The position numbers and the translations under genes are program-made. From the NCBI GenBank assembly GCA_965214785.1, contig OZ243975.1:132914-196913 (forward strand): 64,000 nucleotides of DNA. Direction: 5' to 3'. The notes under the pieces are model-generated. The model made no database searches. It saw nothing but the letters and a program-made list of their open reading frames with translations, and was not told where the DNA came from. The stretch comes from Arenicellales bacterium (GTDB lineage Bacteria > Pseudomonadota > Gammaproteobacteria > Arenicellales > JAJDZL01). Numbering within the stretch: position 1 is the first letter of the stretch; each line of letters opens with the position of its first letter. Positions 10,418 to 19,025 of this stretch are shown here, in pieces.

Positions 10418-10816
10418 TCAGGTTCGAATTGCTTTCGAAGAGCAACAAAACTCTCCGAGCTCAGCAACCTCCATTTTACCTTTAATGAACAGCAGCAGGT
10501 GCATCGCAACCATCGCGGCCAGTGAAATCTGTTTGGTTTGCTGATCTCGCTGGTACAAGTTCAGTTGGTATATCAGTTCTCTGCAAGTTTCGCGGCATGC
10601 ATTGAAAGAAGGATTGCCTTTGGCTCCCTGATGGTGCAAGGCCAGCAGGCGATAGCCTTCACGGTGTTCGCTGGTCGGTTCGACACCATGGGCTTCAAGC
10701 CAGTTTTCAAGTATGCTCTCTGCCGATTCCAGCAACCGCTGTTGGGGGTTTGCAAACGCGGCCGGCTGCGACTGGAGCAGTTGAATATCTTTTTCGATTT
10801 GTAAAAAATCGGTCAT
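10418..10816 (-). CDS. Conserved-looking hypothetical protein (132 aa) between shdrB2 and lbpA
   Basis: The start overlaps the shdrB2 stop by 4 nt (10813-10816), which suggests translational coupling. Cysteines occur at NACRETC and a C-terminal FCCSSK. I recognise no family. Confidence 0.6.
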   Translation of the reverse strand: MTDFLQIEKDIQLLQSQPAAFANPQQRLLESAESILENWLEAHGVEPTSEHREGYRLLALHHQGAKGNPSFNACRETCRELIYQLNLYQRDQQTKQISLAAMVAMHLLLFIKGKMEVAELGEFCCSSKAIRT

Positions 10817-11757
10817 GCCAGTCCTTTTTTTCGAAGCAAGGGAATCGACTGAGATATGTTTTCATGGACCCCTAACTGGCGCGGTGAAATTCCAAGCGCA
10901 AGACCGAGAAGTTGTGTGAAATAAAGCATCACTGGAGAAGTTTTTATATTCATTGTCTCGGCTGCGCGCACCTGGTGCATTTCCAGACCGCTATGGCAGG
11001 TTGGACATTCGGTTGCAATGACATCTGCACCGCATGCTTGCGCCGCCTGCAGGATGTTTACGACAAGCTTTGTCGAAGTGTCACAGTCAGACAGTGTGTG
11101 GGCGCCGCCGCAACATGCAGTTTTTAACGGGAAGTCAACGATCTCAGCTCCCGCTGCCTCTAGCAAATCGTCCATGAAATGAGGTTTGGAGATCGACTCA
11201 CTGCCAGGTCCCTGATCTTTTTCCGGAAATATATGACGAGGACGGGTATACATACAGCCATAGTAGTTCGCGATCTTTAATCCGCTTAGGGAATTTTTGA
11301 CCTGAGAAGCCAGATTTTTTTCGCCAATAGCGTGTTTAATCCAATCCAGAGCATGAATGGTTTCGACATCTCCTGATTTGTATTCGGTTACACCTGATTT
11401 GTCTGACAATTCCTTAAGAGTTTTTCTTGTCTTTTCTCGATGAGTGACATCATGTTCAGCTTTTTTCAGGTTGTGATAACACCCGTTGCAAGGTGCCATA
11501 ACGACATCGAATCCCATTTTGTGTTTGGCTATCGACATGTTTCTGACAGACAGGAAATTTTGAATCTCCGGGTCGATATTTTTCACTTCCATTGCGCCAC
11601 AGCAATTCCAGTTTTCTATTTCAACGAGATTTAGACCGAGTTTGCGCCCCAGACGCTTAGTCGATCGATTGTATGCGTGGCCGGTGCCCTCAAGTGCGCA
11701 GCCGGGATAATATGCGACTGTCTTTAAGTCGTCTCGTAAATTGCTGCTGTCACTCAT
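10813..11757 (-). CDS. shdrB2: sHdrB2, heterodisulfide-reductase-B-like subunit (two CCG domains)
   Basis: CCG-domain motifs WNCCGA and ACCGGAH. Overlaps the shdrC2 stop. Confidence 0.85.
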   Translation of the reverse strand: MSDSSNLRDDLKTVAYYPGCALEGTGHAYNRSTKRLGRKLGLNLVEIENWNCCGAMEVKNIDPEIQNFLSVRNMSIAKHKMGFDVVMAPCNGCYHNLKKAEHDVTHREKTRKTLKELSDKSGVTEYKSGDVETIHALDWIKHAIGEKNLASQVKNSLSGLKIANYYGCMYTRPRHIFPEKDQGPGSESISKPHFMDDLLEAAGAEIVDFPLKTACCGGAHTLSDCDTSTKLVVNILQAAQACGADVIATECPTCHSGLEMHQVRAAETMNIKTSPVMLYFTQLLGLALGISPRQLGVHENISQSIPLLRKKGLA

Positions 11758-12500
11758 TGGCGTTCCTTTTGAGAGTTGCTGAGAACTTCATCTCGTTGAC
11801 GGTGTTTATCGTCCATATATTCGGTAATCGCTTGTTTCGCACGGCCCCAGTTTCTTGTTTTTGGCCGCAGAACGGTTGACAGGCCAAGACGCGTTAACAT
11901 CGCAAACGGAAGGCCTTTGATCATATTTGTAATCACTGTAATGAGCCAGTTTTGCTTCAGTGGCTGATTGGTGCGTGAAAAATAGTTTCGCATAATTCTG
12001 CCTTCTTCGATTTTTCCCGTCTGCAGAACCTGTTCATAGAACTCTTCATCAAAATGCTGGGATTGGGATTTGGGTTGATGTCCCTTGGCTTCGAGCCAAT
12101 GAGACAGCGCCTTCATTACCCCTTCGGGTTCCACATCGCGCGGGCAAACATGTGTGCACTTATGGCACGACACACACTGCCAGATAATATCTTTGTCGCG
12201 CAACAATTCAGTTTCCATACCGAGCCTTACCAGATAGATCCAATAGCGGGGATTGAAGTCAGGGTTAAGCGCATTGACTGTGCATGAGTTTGTACAAGCT
12301 CCACACTGCCAGCAGCGATGAATAAATTCACCGCCTGGAAACGCGGCGACTTCTTCTTCAAGATCTTCGTTGTAATCGTTGACTACCCTGGATTCGATAA
12401 AGGTGCTCCATGTACCCGACACGTCTACGCCATCGATGTTCAGTGCATCGTGTTCACGCAAATTTTCAGGTCGAATCAGAGATTTTTCGTGGATTGGCAT
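11754..12500 (-). CDS. shdrC2: sHdrC2, HdrC-like 2x[4Fe-4S] ferredoxin subunit
   Basis: CWQCGACTNSC and CVSCHKCTHVCP cluster motifs. Confidence 0.85.
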   Translation of the reverse strand: MPIHEKSLIRPENLREHDALNIDGVDVSGTWSTFIESRVVNDYNEDLEEEVAAFPGGEFIHRCWQCGACTNSCTVNALNPDFNPRYWIYLVRLGMETELLRDKDIIWQCVSCHKCTHVCPRDVEPEGVMKALSHWLEAKGHQPKSQSQHFDEEFYEQVLQTGKIEEGRIMRNYFSRTNQPLKQNWLITVITNMIKGLPFAMLTRLGLSTVLRPKTRNWGRAKQAITEYMDDKHRQRDEVLSNSQKERQ

Positions 12501-12514
12501 CAGTATTTCCTGAA

Positions 12515-13375
12515 TTAATGAGCGACCGCGTCGATTGCACCTGAGAGGCGATAGCGTTTTCCGTTTGGCAGAAGCAATCGGGTTTTTCCATTTTCCGGTG
12601 TCACTGCATCGAGTCCGAGCATGCGAAGTGCATATCCAAATGGCGTTCCGGTGAAGCTGTATTCAGTTTTTAGAAAACTGCCGCCTTGTGAACCGATGTA
12701 TTCGCTGTAAAGCCATGCGAACAGGTAATCGATTACATAATAGCGGTGGGCAAATACGCCGCTTTCGTGTAAAAATTCATCTAATTCCCTGCGAAGTTCA
12801 AGATGTGTTCGCACACCGTCGGGAATATCCAGAAATCTCAATTCGGTTTCCGAATACCAGATCTCACGCAAAATTCCCGTATTCGCCTGGAAGTCCCATA
12901 CCCAGCGAGTCATTAACGGATACAGTTGCGGTTCGCGAAAGTGGATTATCTCGGCTGCAAGATCACGCGGCCAGCGTGTTTTGCTGTCGAGCGCGAGTGA
13001 CTGGGTAAATTTTTCGACTTTGTCATCAACCTGATCGATTGACAAATCCGCCAGCAGATCTTCGACTGCATTGGCGAGGTAATCGAAACCGTGTTTGGCA
13101 AATACGGACTTTAAGCGTCTTCTCACCGTGGGCATAAACGCACAGCAATCGAGAAATTCAGACTCAACCAGTGCATTGGCGTTGTCGTCAAACGTTCTTT
13201 GAAACAGCATGGTTTTGCCTTCCAGTGCTTCGACTAAAGTTTCCATGCCGCCGAGTTTTTCGGCGCATTGTGCCATGGATTCGAAGGCACCTCTGAGCAC
13301 CTTTCCATCTAGATGAATAACGGGAATCGTCGATTCAATAGGCTCAATAGCCTTGCGCTGTCTACGGTTCATCAT
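12515..13375 (-). CDS. shdrH: sHdrH, the conserved hypothetical protein of sHdr clusters
   Basis: 286 aa with no cofactor motif. It occupies the canonical slot between shdrA and shdrC2. Confidence 0.7.
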   Translation of the reverse strand: MMNRRQRKAIEPIESTIPVIHLDGKVLRGAFESMAQCAEKLGGMETLVEALEGKTMLFQRTFDDNANALVESEFLDCCAFMPTVRRRLKSVFAKHGFDYLANAVEDLLADLSIDQVDDKVEKFTQSLALDSKTRWPRDLAAEIIHFREPQLYPLMTRWVWDFQANTGILREIWYSETELRFLDIPDGVRTHLELRRELDEFLHESGVFAHRYYVIDYLFAWLYSEYIGSQGGSFLKTEYSFTGTPFGYALRMLGLDAVTPENGKTRLLLPNGKRYRLSGAIDAVAH

Positions 13376-13430
13376 TTTGCTGACTGTTCCAACACTTCGT
13401 CAAAGAGCCTGACCCTTATTCCACTGGAAA

Positions 13431-14468
13431 TCAGGCAGCTATTGTTGCTTGTTGCAGCGCTGCCATGGCAGCAGCCTGGCCTTGGGCAATTGAATCGTCT
13501 ATTGTTTCCGGACCGATAGCAGCACCGGCAACATACACTCCTGGTCGTGATGTGCCGGCTACAGAATCATAGGTAGGTGCGCGCTGAATATGCCCGTGAA
13601 CTTCGAGATCTACGCCGAAAGTTGAAGCAATTTGTGGATTTTCAACATTTGGGTCCATCCCGATTGCGTGTACCACCAAATCGAAGGGAATGGAAATCGG
13701 ACGTTTTACCAGAGTATCTTCTCCTTTGAGCAATACCCGCTGTCCGTCAAAAGTCACTTCAGCGATTCGCGCCTTGATGTATTTGACTTTGAATTCTTCC
13801 TGGCTGCGCCAGTAAAACTGTCCCTCATACAGTCCGAACGTCCTGATGTCCATATAGTAGATATAGACACTGCAATCTGGCAGTTCCTCGCGAATTTCCA
13901 TTGCCAGATTTGAAGATACAGTGCAGCATATCTTCGAACACCATTCTCTGCCGATTTGGCGATCGCGAGAGCCGACACATAGCAGTATAGCGACGCGTTT
14001 GGGCTTGCGCCCGTCAGACGGACATCGAACCCCACTGCCCGAAGAGATCATCTGTTCAACCTGAGTTGTCGTCACAACATCGGGATGCGATCCGAAACCC
14101 CATTCGGGTTTGTTGATCGAATCAAAATGAGTGAAACCGGTTGCAAGAATCGCTGCCGGAGCGCGAATTGAAACTCCACTGGAAGTTACTGCTGTGAAAT
14201 TCCCTGGTTCACCGGAAAATTCACTGATCCGACTGGAGGTCAGGACTTCAACATTGTCGTTATCTGCAACCGCGTCGACCATTCGCCCGATTGCGTCTTT
14301 CGCCCATTCGCCCGAGGGCACGAGCCGGGCATATCCCGATAGAATCGGAGCACCGCCGAGGTCGTTTTCCTTTTCGACTAAAGTAACTTTATGACCGATT
14401 GAAGCGAGTGATCTCGCAGCTGATAACCCCGCTGGCCCGCCGCCAACGACCAAAACCCCTTCACTCAC
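13431..14468 (-). CDS. shdrA: sHdrA, FAD/[4Fe-4S] HdrA-like flavoprotein (short form)
   Basis: Dinucleotide fold VLVVGGGPAGLSAARSL. Cluster cysteines LLCVGSRD...CSKICC. 345 aa, as in bacterial sHdrA. Confidence 0.88.
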   Translation of the reverse strand: MSEGVLVVGGGPAGLSAARSLASIGHKVTLVEKENDLGGAPILSGYARLVPSGEWAKDAIGRMVDAVADNDNVEVLTSSRISEFSGEPGNFTAVTSSGVSIRAPAAILATGFTHFDSINKPEWGFGSHPDVVTTTQVEQMISSGSGVRCPSDGRKPKRVAILLCVGSRDRQIGREWCSKICCTVSSNLAMEIREELPDCSVYIYYMDIRTFGLYEGQFYWRSQEEFKVKYIKARIAEVTFDGQRVLLKGEDTLVKRPISIPFDLVVHAIGMDPNVENPQIASTFGVDLEVHGHIQRAPTYDSVAGTSRPGVYVAGAAIGPETIDDSIAQGQAAAMAALQQATIAA

Positions 14469-15826
14469 GCCTGCGCCTCGAAACCTGGTCCGGAAGTGAT
14501 CGCTCGGCGAGGATCATACAAAGTTTCGTGATTCCCAGCTTCAACCTCAACGAGGTAGTTTTCGAATTCCACTTTCGCCTGTTCCCAATCGATGCCGAGT
14601 TTTTCGAGCAATGGTTCAAAAGCCGAAGCATGCCAGTGTAGTTGAGCGATTTTGTAAGGATGCGCACCGCAAAGCACGGCCGCCAATTGACAGTCAGCCA
14701 AAATCGGCATTTCGTAGTGTTTATCGACTGCTTTGCCGATCCACTGGTTTTTATCGAGTGTTGTGATACAGCCGGTGTCATGTCCGACCATGACATCTGC
14801 ACGCGCTTCTTCGACTGCCACTTTGATTTTGCGGTCAATAGCAAACGAACGGGTAAATTCCCGTTCCGAAATGATATGGCGGAAGCCAAAACCGCAACAG
14901 TCATACCACGTCGAATAGTCGATCACGTTGGCGCCTAGGGATTGCACCAGGCCGGTGGATACTGCGACCCGATTTCCTTCCAGGACTTCATCATCGTAGA
15001 TGACATCTTCGGGCACCATCTTATAGACATGGCATGCAGGGTGTATGACAGCGCGAATTTCCGATGCATCGATGGTCTGGCGTTCAGCAATCCGGCTTCG
15101 CATAACATGCAGCCACTCGGAGTAATGTACGATTTCTTCGGGGATCAGAAGTTTTCCATCGACCAAGCGGCCAATTTTGGCAAGGATTTTCTTGACCTGT
15201 TCGCGCAATTCAGCTGAGTGGAGCAGAAATTGGCGAATTTCCTTGTAGTTTCCAAAAGACGTACCGCAGTGTACCAACGGGTAGTAGTATGCCGGGTCCA
15301 GCCCTTCGGCTTGTGATGCGACGTAGGCTTGATGGAAATTGCGCAGAAACACAGCTGACAGACTGACAACGTTTCCGATGCCGGAACCGTGATAGTTCCA
15401 GGCAGTGCAGGAAGTCTGGTCGGTCTCGTCTAAGTAAGTTGTGCCCAGTTCGTTCATCAGCCACAGCAATGAAGTGGGGTATCCGGGGATATTTCCACAT
15501 TGTCCACAGGATTTGTGGTGCCACAGTCGGTTGGTTGGAATTTTCTTATCCCATCCGTACAGTGTTTTTGTCATGACATGCTCATGACCTTCATTGACTC
15601 GGTGGACAACGATTTCACCGTCTTTTTCCAGCTGCCACATGATGTCTCTGACATCTTCAACATGCGCGCGGGTGGTCAGCATTGACCGTTTGTCTATTTT
15701 CGCCTCGACCCACTGTGTCGCAGTCTGAGCATCTTTTGCGTTAAGATTGGAGTCTTTCCATTCTGCACCGTGACCGGTAAATTTTTGATCCGCAAACTGA
15801 TTGCCAAATGGTACTTGTATGCTCAT
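14465..15826 (-). CDS. shdrB1: sHdrB1, HdrB-like CCG-domain catalytic subunit
   Basis: 453 aa. CCG motif WYDCCGFGFRH. 4-nt overlap with shdrA. Confidence 0.85.
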   Translation of the reverse strand: MSIQVPFGNQFADQKFTGHGAEWKDSNLNAKDAQTATQWVEAKIDKRSMLTTRAHVEDVRDIMWQLEKDGEIVVHRVNEGHEHVMTKTLYGWDKKIPTNRLWHHKSCGQCGNIPGYPTSLLWLMNELGTTYLDETDQTSCTAWNYHGSGIGNVVSLSAVFLRNFHQAYVASQAEGLDPAYYYPLVHCGTSFGNYKEIRQFLLHSAELREQVKKILAKIGRLVDGKLLIPEEIVHYSEWLHVMRSRIAERQTIDASEIRAVIHPACHVYKMVPEDVIYDDEVLEGNRVAVSTGLVQSLGANVIDYSTWYDCCGFGFRHIISEREFTRSFAIDRKIKVAVEEARADVMVGHDTGCITTLDKNQWIGKAVDKHYEMPILADCQLAAVLCGAHPYKIAQLHWHASAFEPLLEKLGIDWEQAKVEFENYLVEVEAGNHETLYDPRRAITSGPGFEAQA

Positions 15827-15863
15827 TTTCTTGCTCCTGACATAATTTCAAATTCAAGTTTGT

Positions 15864-16601
15864 CTATTCATCTTGTTCGTCTTGCCAATCTTCGTATTCT
15901 TCACGTTTTTCATCCATGATATCGACGATGACATCGAACAGGTTTTCATCTATCGTTTCAAGCTGGTCTAAAACTCCAGAATCCTCCCAGATTGTGTAAA
16001 GTTCGACCGATGTTTTCAGATTGACTTCCCACGCGGTTGATGTTGTGTGCATGGTAGGCATCGGAATCGCCTTGCGCAATATCTCGAGAGGCGCGTCGAT
16101 TTTAGATATGTTCGGTCCCCAGTCAACAAAGTGATCCGGTGTAATCATATTCGGCGCCAGTTGATTCCCGGTTGAAATGAGCTTGAGCATTACACGGGAA
16201 AAGGGTCTGAGCACGTCTTTTGCAGACTGCAGTCCATGTTTGATCGACACTTCGCGCATGATGCTCACAAGTCCGCCAGGGGAATTTCCAAACGGGCATC
16301 GGGCAGCGCACGTGTAACATTGCGCGCAGGCCCAGATTTTTTCTTGCATAGCGTCGTATATGCCTTCGAGATTCTCGGTCCATAGCAACTGGACTATTTC
16401 ACGCGGTGAGTAGTCGAAGTAATGAGCTGACGGGCAAGTTGCCGTACATATCCCACAGTTCAGACAGCCATTGAGCTCGTGATCGTAGAGTGGATGGTGA
16501 CAGATGTCTTCAAAAATCCCTTCCAGCGTATCGCGGCTAACTTCGCTTTGATCGCTAAAGGGGTCACCGATTGTTGTTGCTGCAGACATGACAGAATTCA
16601 A
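15864..16601 (-). CDS. shdrC1: sHdrC1, HdrC-like 2x[4Fe-4S] subunit
   Basis: CLNCGICTATCP and CAQCYTCAARCP motifs. Acidic C-terminal tail. Confidence 0.85.
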   Translation of the reverse strand: MNSVMSAATTIGDPFSDQSEVSRDTLEGIFEDICHHPLYDHELNGCLNCGICTATCPSAHYFDYSPREIVQLLWTENLEGIYDAMQEKIWACAQCYTCAARCPFGNSPGGLVSIMREVSIKHGLQSAKDVLRPFSRVMLKLISTGNQLAPNMITPDHFVDWGPNISKIDAPLEILRKAIPMPTMHTTSTAWEVNLKTSVELYTIWEDSGVLDQLETIDENLFDVIVDIMDEKREEYEDWQDEQDE

Positions 16602-16978
16602 TAGGTAAGCGTTTTGGTGTCTTGTTCTTCCATCATTCGTTCAATGAGGTAAGCGCCTCCGACAATTTTTTCACATTCCGGAATCAGATCATCTTCGGTC
16701 ATGTCAAACAAGTCGAGATTCGGTGAGCAGCAATAAAATTTCACCCCTGCATCGTGTGCATCTTGAATGAAGTCGTAAACAGATTTTGGTGAGCCTTTTT
16801 TGACAAAAAGATTTTCAGCAATCCCTTTTTTCATCAGCTTTCCAGCGGTTGCAGTGCACACGACTTCCACTTCGTATTCCATAGCGGCTGCGACTGTTGC
16901 CTGAAAGATTGGCGCACCTAATTCCTCACCGTTGTCAGGATTGGAGGTCGCCATAATGATTAGAAGTTTATCTGCCAT
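16598..16978 (-). CDS. dsrE3: DsrE3-type (DsrE/DsrF family) sulfurtransferase
   Basis: 126 aa with a DsrE-like N-terminus (LLIIMATSNPD) and Cys pair FYCCSP. 4-nt overlap with shdrC1. Strong RBS AGGTGGAGG 7 nt upstream of the ATG. Confidence 0.75.
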   Translation of the reverse strand: MADKLLIIMATSNPDNGEELGAPIFQATVAAAMEYEVEVVCTATAGKLMKKGIAENLFVKKGSPKSVYDFIQDAHDAGVKFYCCSPNLDLFDMTEDDLIPECEKIVGGAYLIERMMEEQDTKTLTY

Positions 16979-17040
16979 AGATCGTAGCCTCCACCTGTAA
17001 TTTCAGTTTGGTCTGTCCGGTATTGTGGTCGTAAAAATGA

Positions 17041-17085
17041 TTATATTAGCAAATTCTAATATAAAAAACTTAAAAAGTTTGTAAA
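17041..17085 (-). promoter_or_regulatory. Putative sigma70 promoter of the dsrE3-shdr operon with an overlapping 9-6-9 inverted repeat (candidate operator)
   Basis: Minus strand: TTTACA (17085-17080), 16 nt, TATATT (17063-17058). The perfect inverted repeat TTATATTAG-caaatt-CTAATATAA (17041-17064) covers the -10 element. Confidence 0.4.
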
Positions 17086-17234
17086 TTTGTTGTGCTTTTA
17101 CGAGAACAAGGTAATTTGGTGAAAAATCATACCAAATTTTGGGTGCTTATGAGTATAACATCAACAAAATTGGTGGCGGTCAGGATATAAAAAGTTTCGA
17201 ACTGTTAACCGACAAGATTGAAAAACACCGTTAT

Positions 17235-17930
17235 TCAGGTTCGCATCCATCCGGTTACCTGAATCAGTCCGGTCATAATCGAGACCAATGAACTGGCAAT
17301 GTCGTCCTGATGATTTCGAACGCTTTGCAATTGTTCAATATCATAATCTGAGTGTTCCGGACATTGAACCAGTGCGTCTTCAATCATTGCGCTTTTCATG
17401 CCTGGGTGCCCTAAGAAGCCAAAGCAGTTGCCGTTTAGTTGAAACAGGGCGGTTTGCCCGGATTGGGTTCGGGAAAGGACTTTTACTTCGTCAGGAATTT
17501 CGAATACATCCTGCATAAAGGTAATTACCGGGTAACGCTCAGGCAAAAACCCGTTTAGTGCATCATCATTTGTTTTGTATGCGGTTTCCACCGAAACCGT
17601 CATCGGTCGAGGTTCAACTGAGTATCCGCAGGCTAGCGCAAGCATCTGTGCGCCGCTACCGAAGCCGACAACCGGCAGGTTGCTGTCCAGATATGTGCCG
17701 ATGGCATCGATTTTTGCCTGTAAACCGGCAATAACCGGGTCGCTGACAGTGCCGTAAGGAGCGGCGCCGAGAATGACGAGTCCATCTGTGAGGTCTCGTA
17801 TGGTTTTTTGCCAGGTAACCTGATGGGCGGGACGGATGTAACGAAACCGGATATTACGGCCTTCGAAGTGATCTTCTACAAATCCGAGGTATTCCCAGTC
17901 GGTATTTTGAAGAACGGAAATCGTATGCAT
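17235..17930 (-). CDS. Class-I glutamine-amidotransferase-like protein with a non-canonical catalytic triad
   Basis: GATase1 layout. However, the nucleophile elbow reads PVVGFGSGAQML (Ser where Cys is expected) and the His-Glu region reads FLGHPGM (Gly where Glu is expected). Confidence 0.65.
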   Translation of the reverse strand: MHTISVLQNTDWEYLGFVEDHFEGRNIRFRYIRPAHQVTWQKTIRDLTDGLVILGAAPYGTVSDPVIAGLQAKIDAIGTYLDSNLPVVGFGSGAQMLALACGYSVEPRPMTVSVETAYKTNDDALNGFLPERYPVITFMQDVFEIPDEVKVLSRTQSGQTALFQLNGNCFGFLGHPGMKSAMIEDALVQCPEHSDYDIEQLQSVRNHQDDIASSLVSIMTGLIQVTGWMRT

Positions 17931-18000
17931 GCAAGCAAATTAATCTCGCTGTCTGAGACAGGTGCAGTGCGTCAGAGCTTGGGTTGAGGTAAGTTTGCAA

Positions 18001-18942
18001 CTAGTGCAAGTGAGAGAATTCGCGTAATTCACTTGGCAAAGTGAATTTCACATTTTCCGTAATGCCTGTCATGGTGGACACTTCCACTGAATCGAATTCG
18101 CGCAACCGTTCGATTACACCTTCAACCAGCTCTTCAGGTGTAGAGGCACCGGCTGTAATCCCCACTGTGTTGATGTCTTTGATCCAGTCTGGCTCAATTG
18201 CTTCGGGTGATTCCACCAGGTAACTGCTGATTCCACTATCGTTGCCAACCTCACAGAGCCGATTCGAATTTGAGCTGTTTGACGCGCCGACAACGAGCAA
18301 TGCGTCAACTTGCTCGGCAAGTTTGCGCACTGCGGTTTGTCTGTTTTGGGTTGCGTAGCAAATGTCTTTGATATCGGGACCATCGATGGACGGGTAGCGG
18401 TTTTTGAGCGCAGTGATGATTTCCCGGGTGTCATCGACTGAAAGGGTGGTTTGTGTAATGTAAGCGACTTTTTGAGGATCGTCAATCGATAAATTATTGA
18501 TGTCGTCAACATCGCCGACAACATGGACTTTGCCGGGAATCTGCCCTAGAGTTCCTTCAACTTCTGGATGATTGTGATGTCCGATCAAAATGATCTCGTA
18601 TCCTTGCTTGGCGTAGCGTTGGCCTTCTTTGTGGACTTTCGAGACCAGCGGGCAGGTGGCATCTATCGCATGCAGACCGTGTTCGAGCGCTCCTTTTTCA
18701 ACTTTCTTTGAAACGCCATGTGCACTGAATACTGTGATTGCGCCATCGGGAATCTCAACGATGTCATCAACGAATATCACGCCGCGTTTTCTCAAGTTTT
18801 CTACAACCCGTTGATTGTGAACGATTTCGTGACGCACATAAATTGGCGAGCCAAATTTTTCGAGAGCGGCTTCAACAATATGGATGGCACGCTCGACACC
18901 TGCACAAAAACCTCGAGGTTTGGCTAATATGACTTGTAACAT
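18001..18942 (-). CDS. ispH: 4-hydroxy-3-methylbut-2-enyl diphosphate reductase IspH/LytB
   Basis: N-terminus AKPRGFCAGVERAI, 313 aa, conserved Cys/His pattern (ATCPLVSKVH, SSNSNRL). Confidence 0.92.
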   Translation of the reverse strand: MLQVILAKPRGFCAGVERAIHIVEAALEKFGSPIYVRHEIVHNQRVVENLRKRGVIFVDDIVEIPDGAITVFSAHGVSKKVEKGALEHGLHAIDATCPLVSKVHKEGQRYAKQGYEIILIGHHNHPEVEGTLGQIPGKVHVVGDVDDINNLSIDDPQKVAYITQTTLSVDDTREIITALKNRYPSIDGPDIKDICYATQNRQTAVRKLAEQVDALLVVGASNSSNSNRLCEVGNDSGISSYLVESPEAIEPDWIKDINTVGITAGASTPEELVEGVIERLREFDSVEVSTMTGITENVKFTLPSELREFSHLH

Positions 18943-19025
18943 AGCGACAGCAAAAATGGAATGGAAAAGAGGTTATGACTTGAATCTGAAATATACCATT
19001 ACCAGCTATACGGTGCCTGAATATT

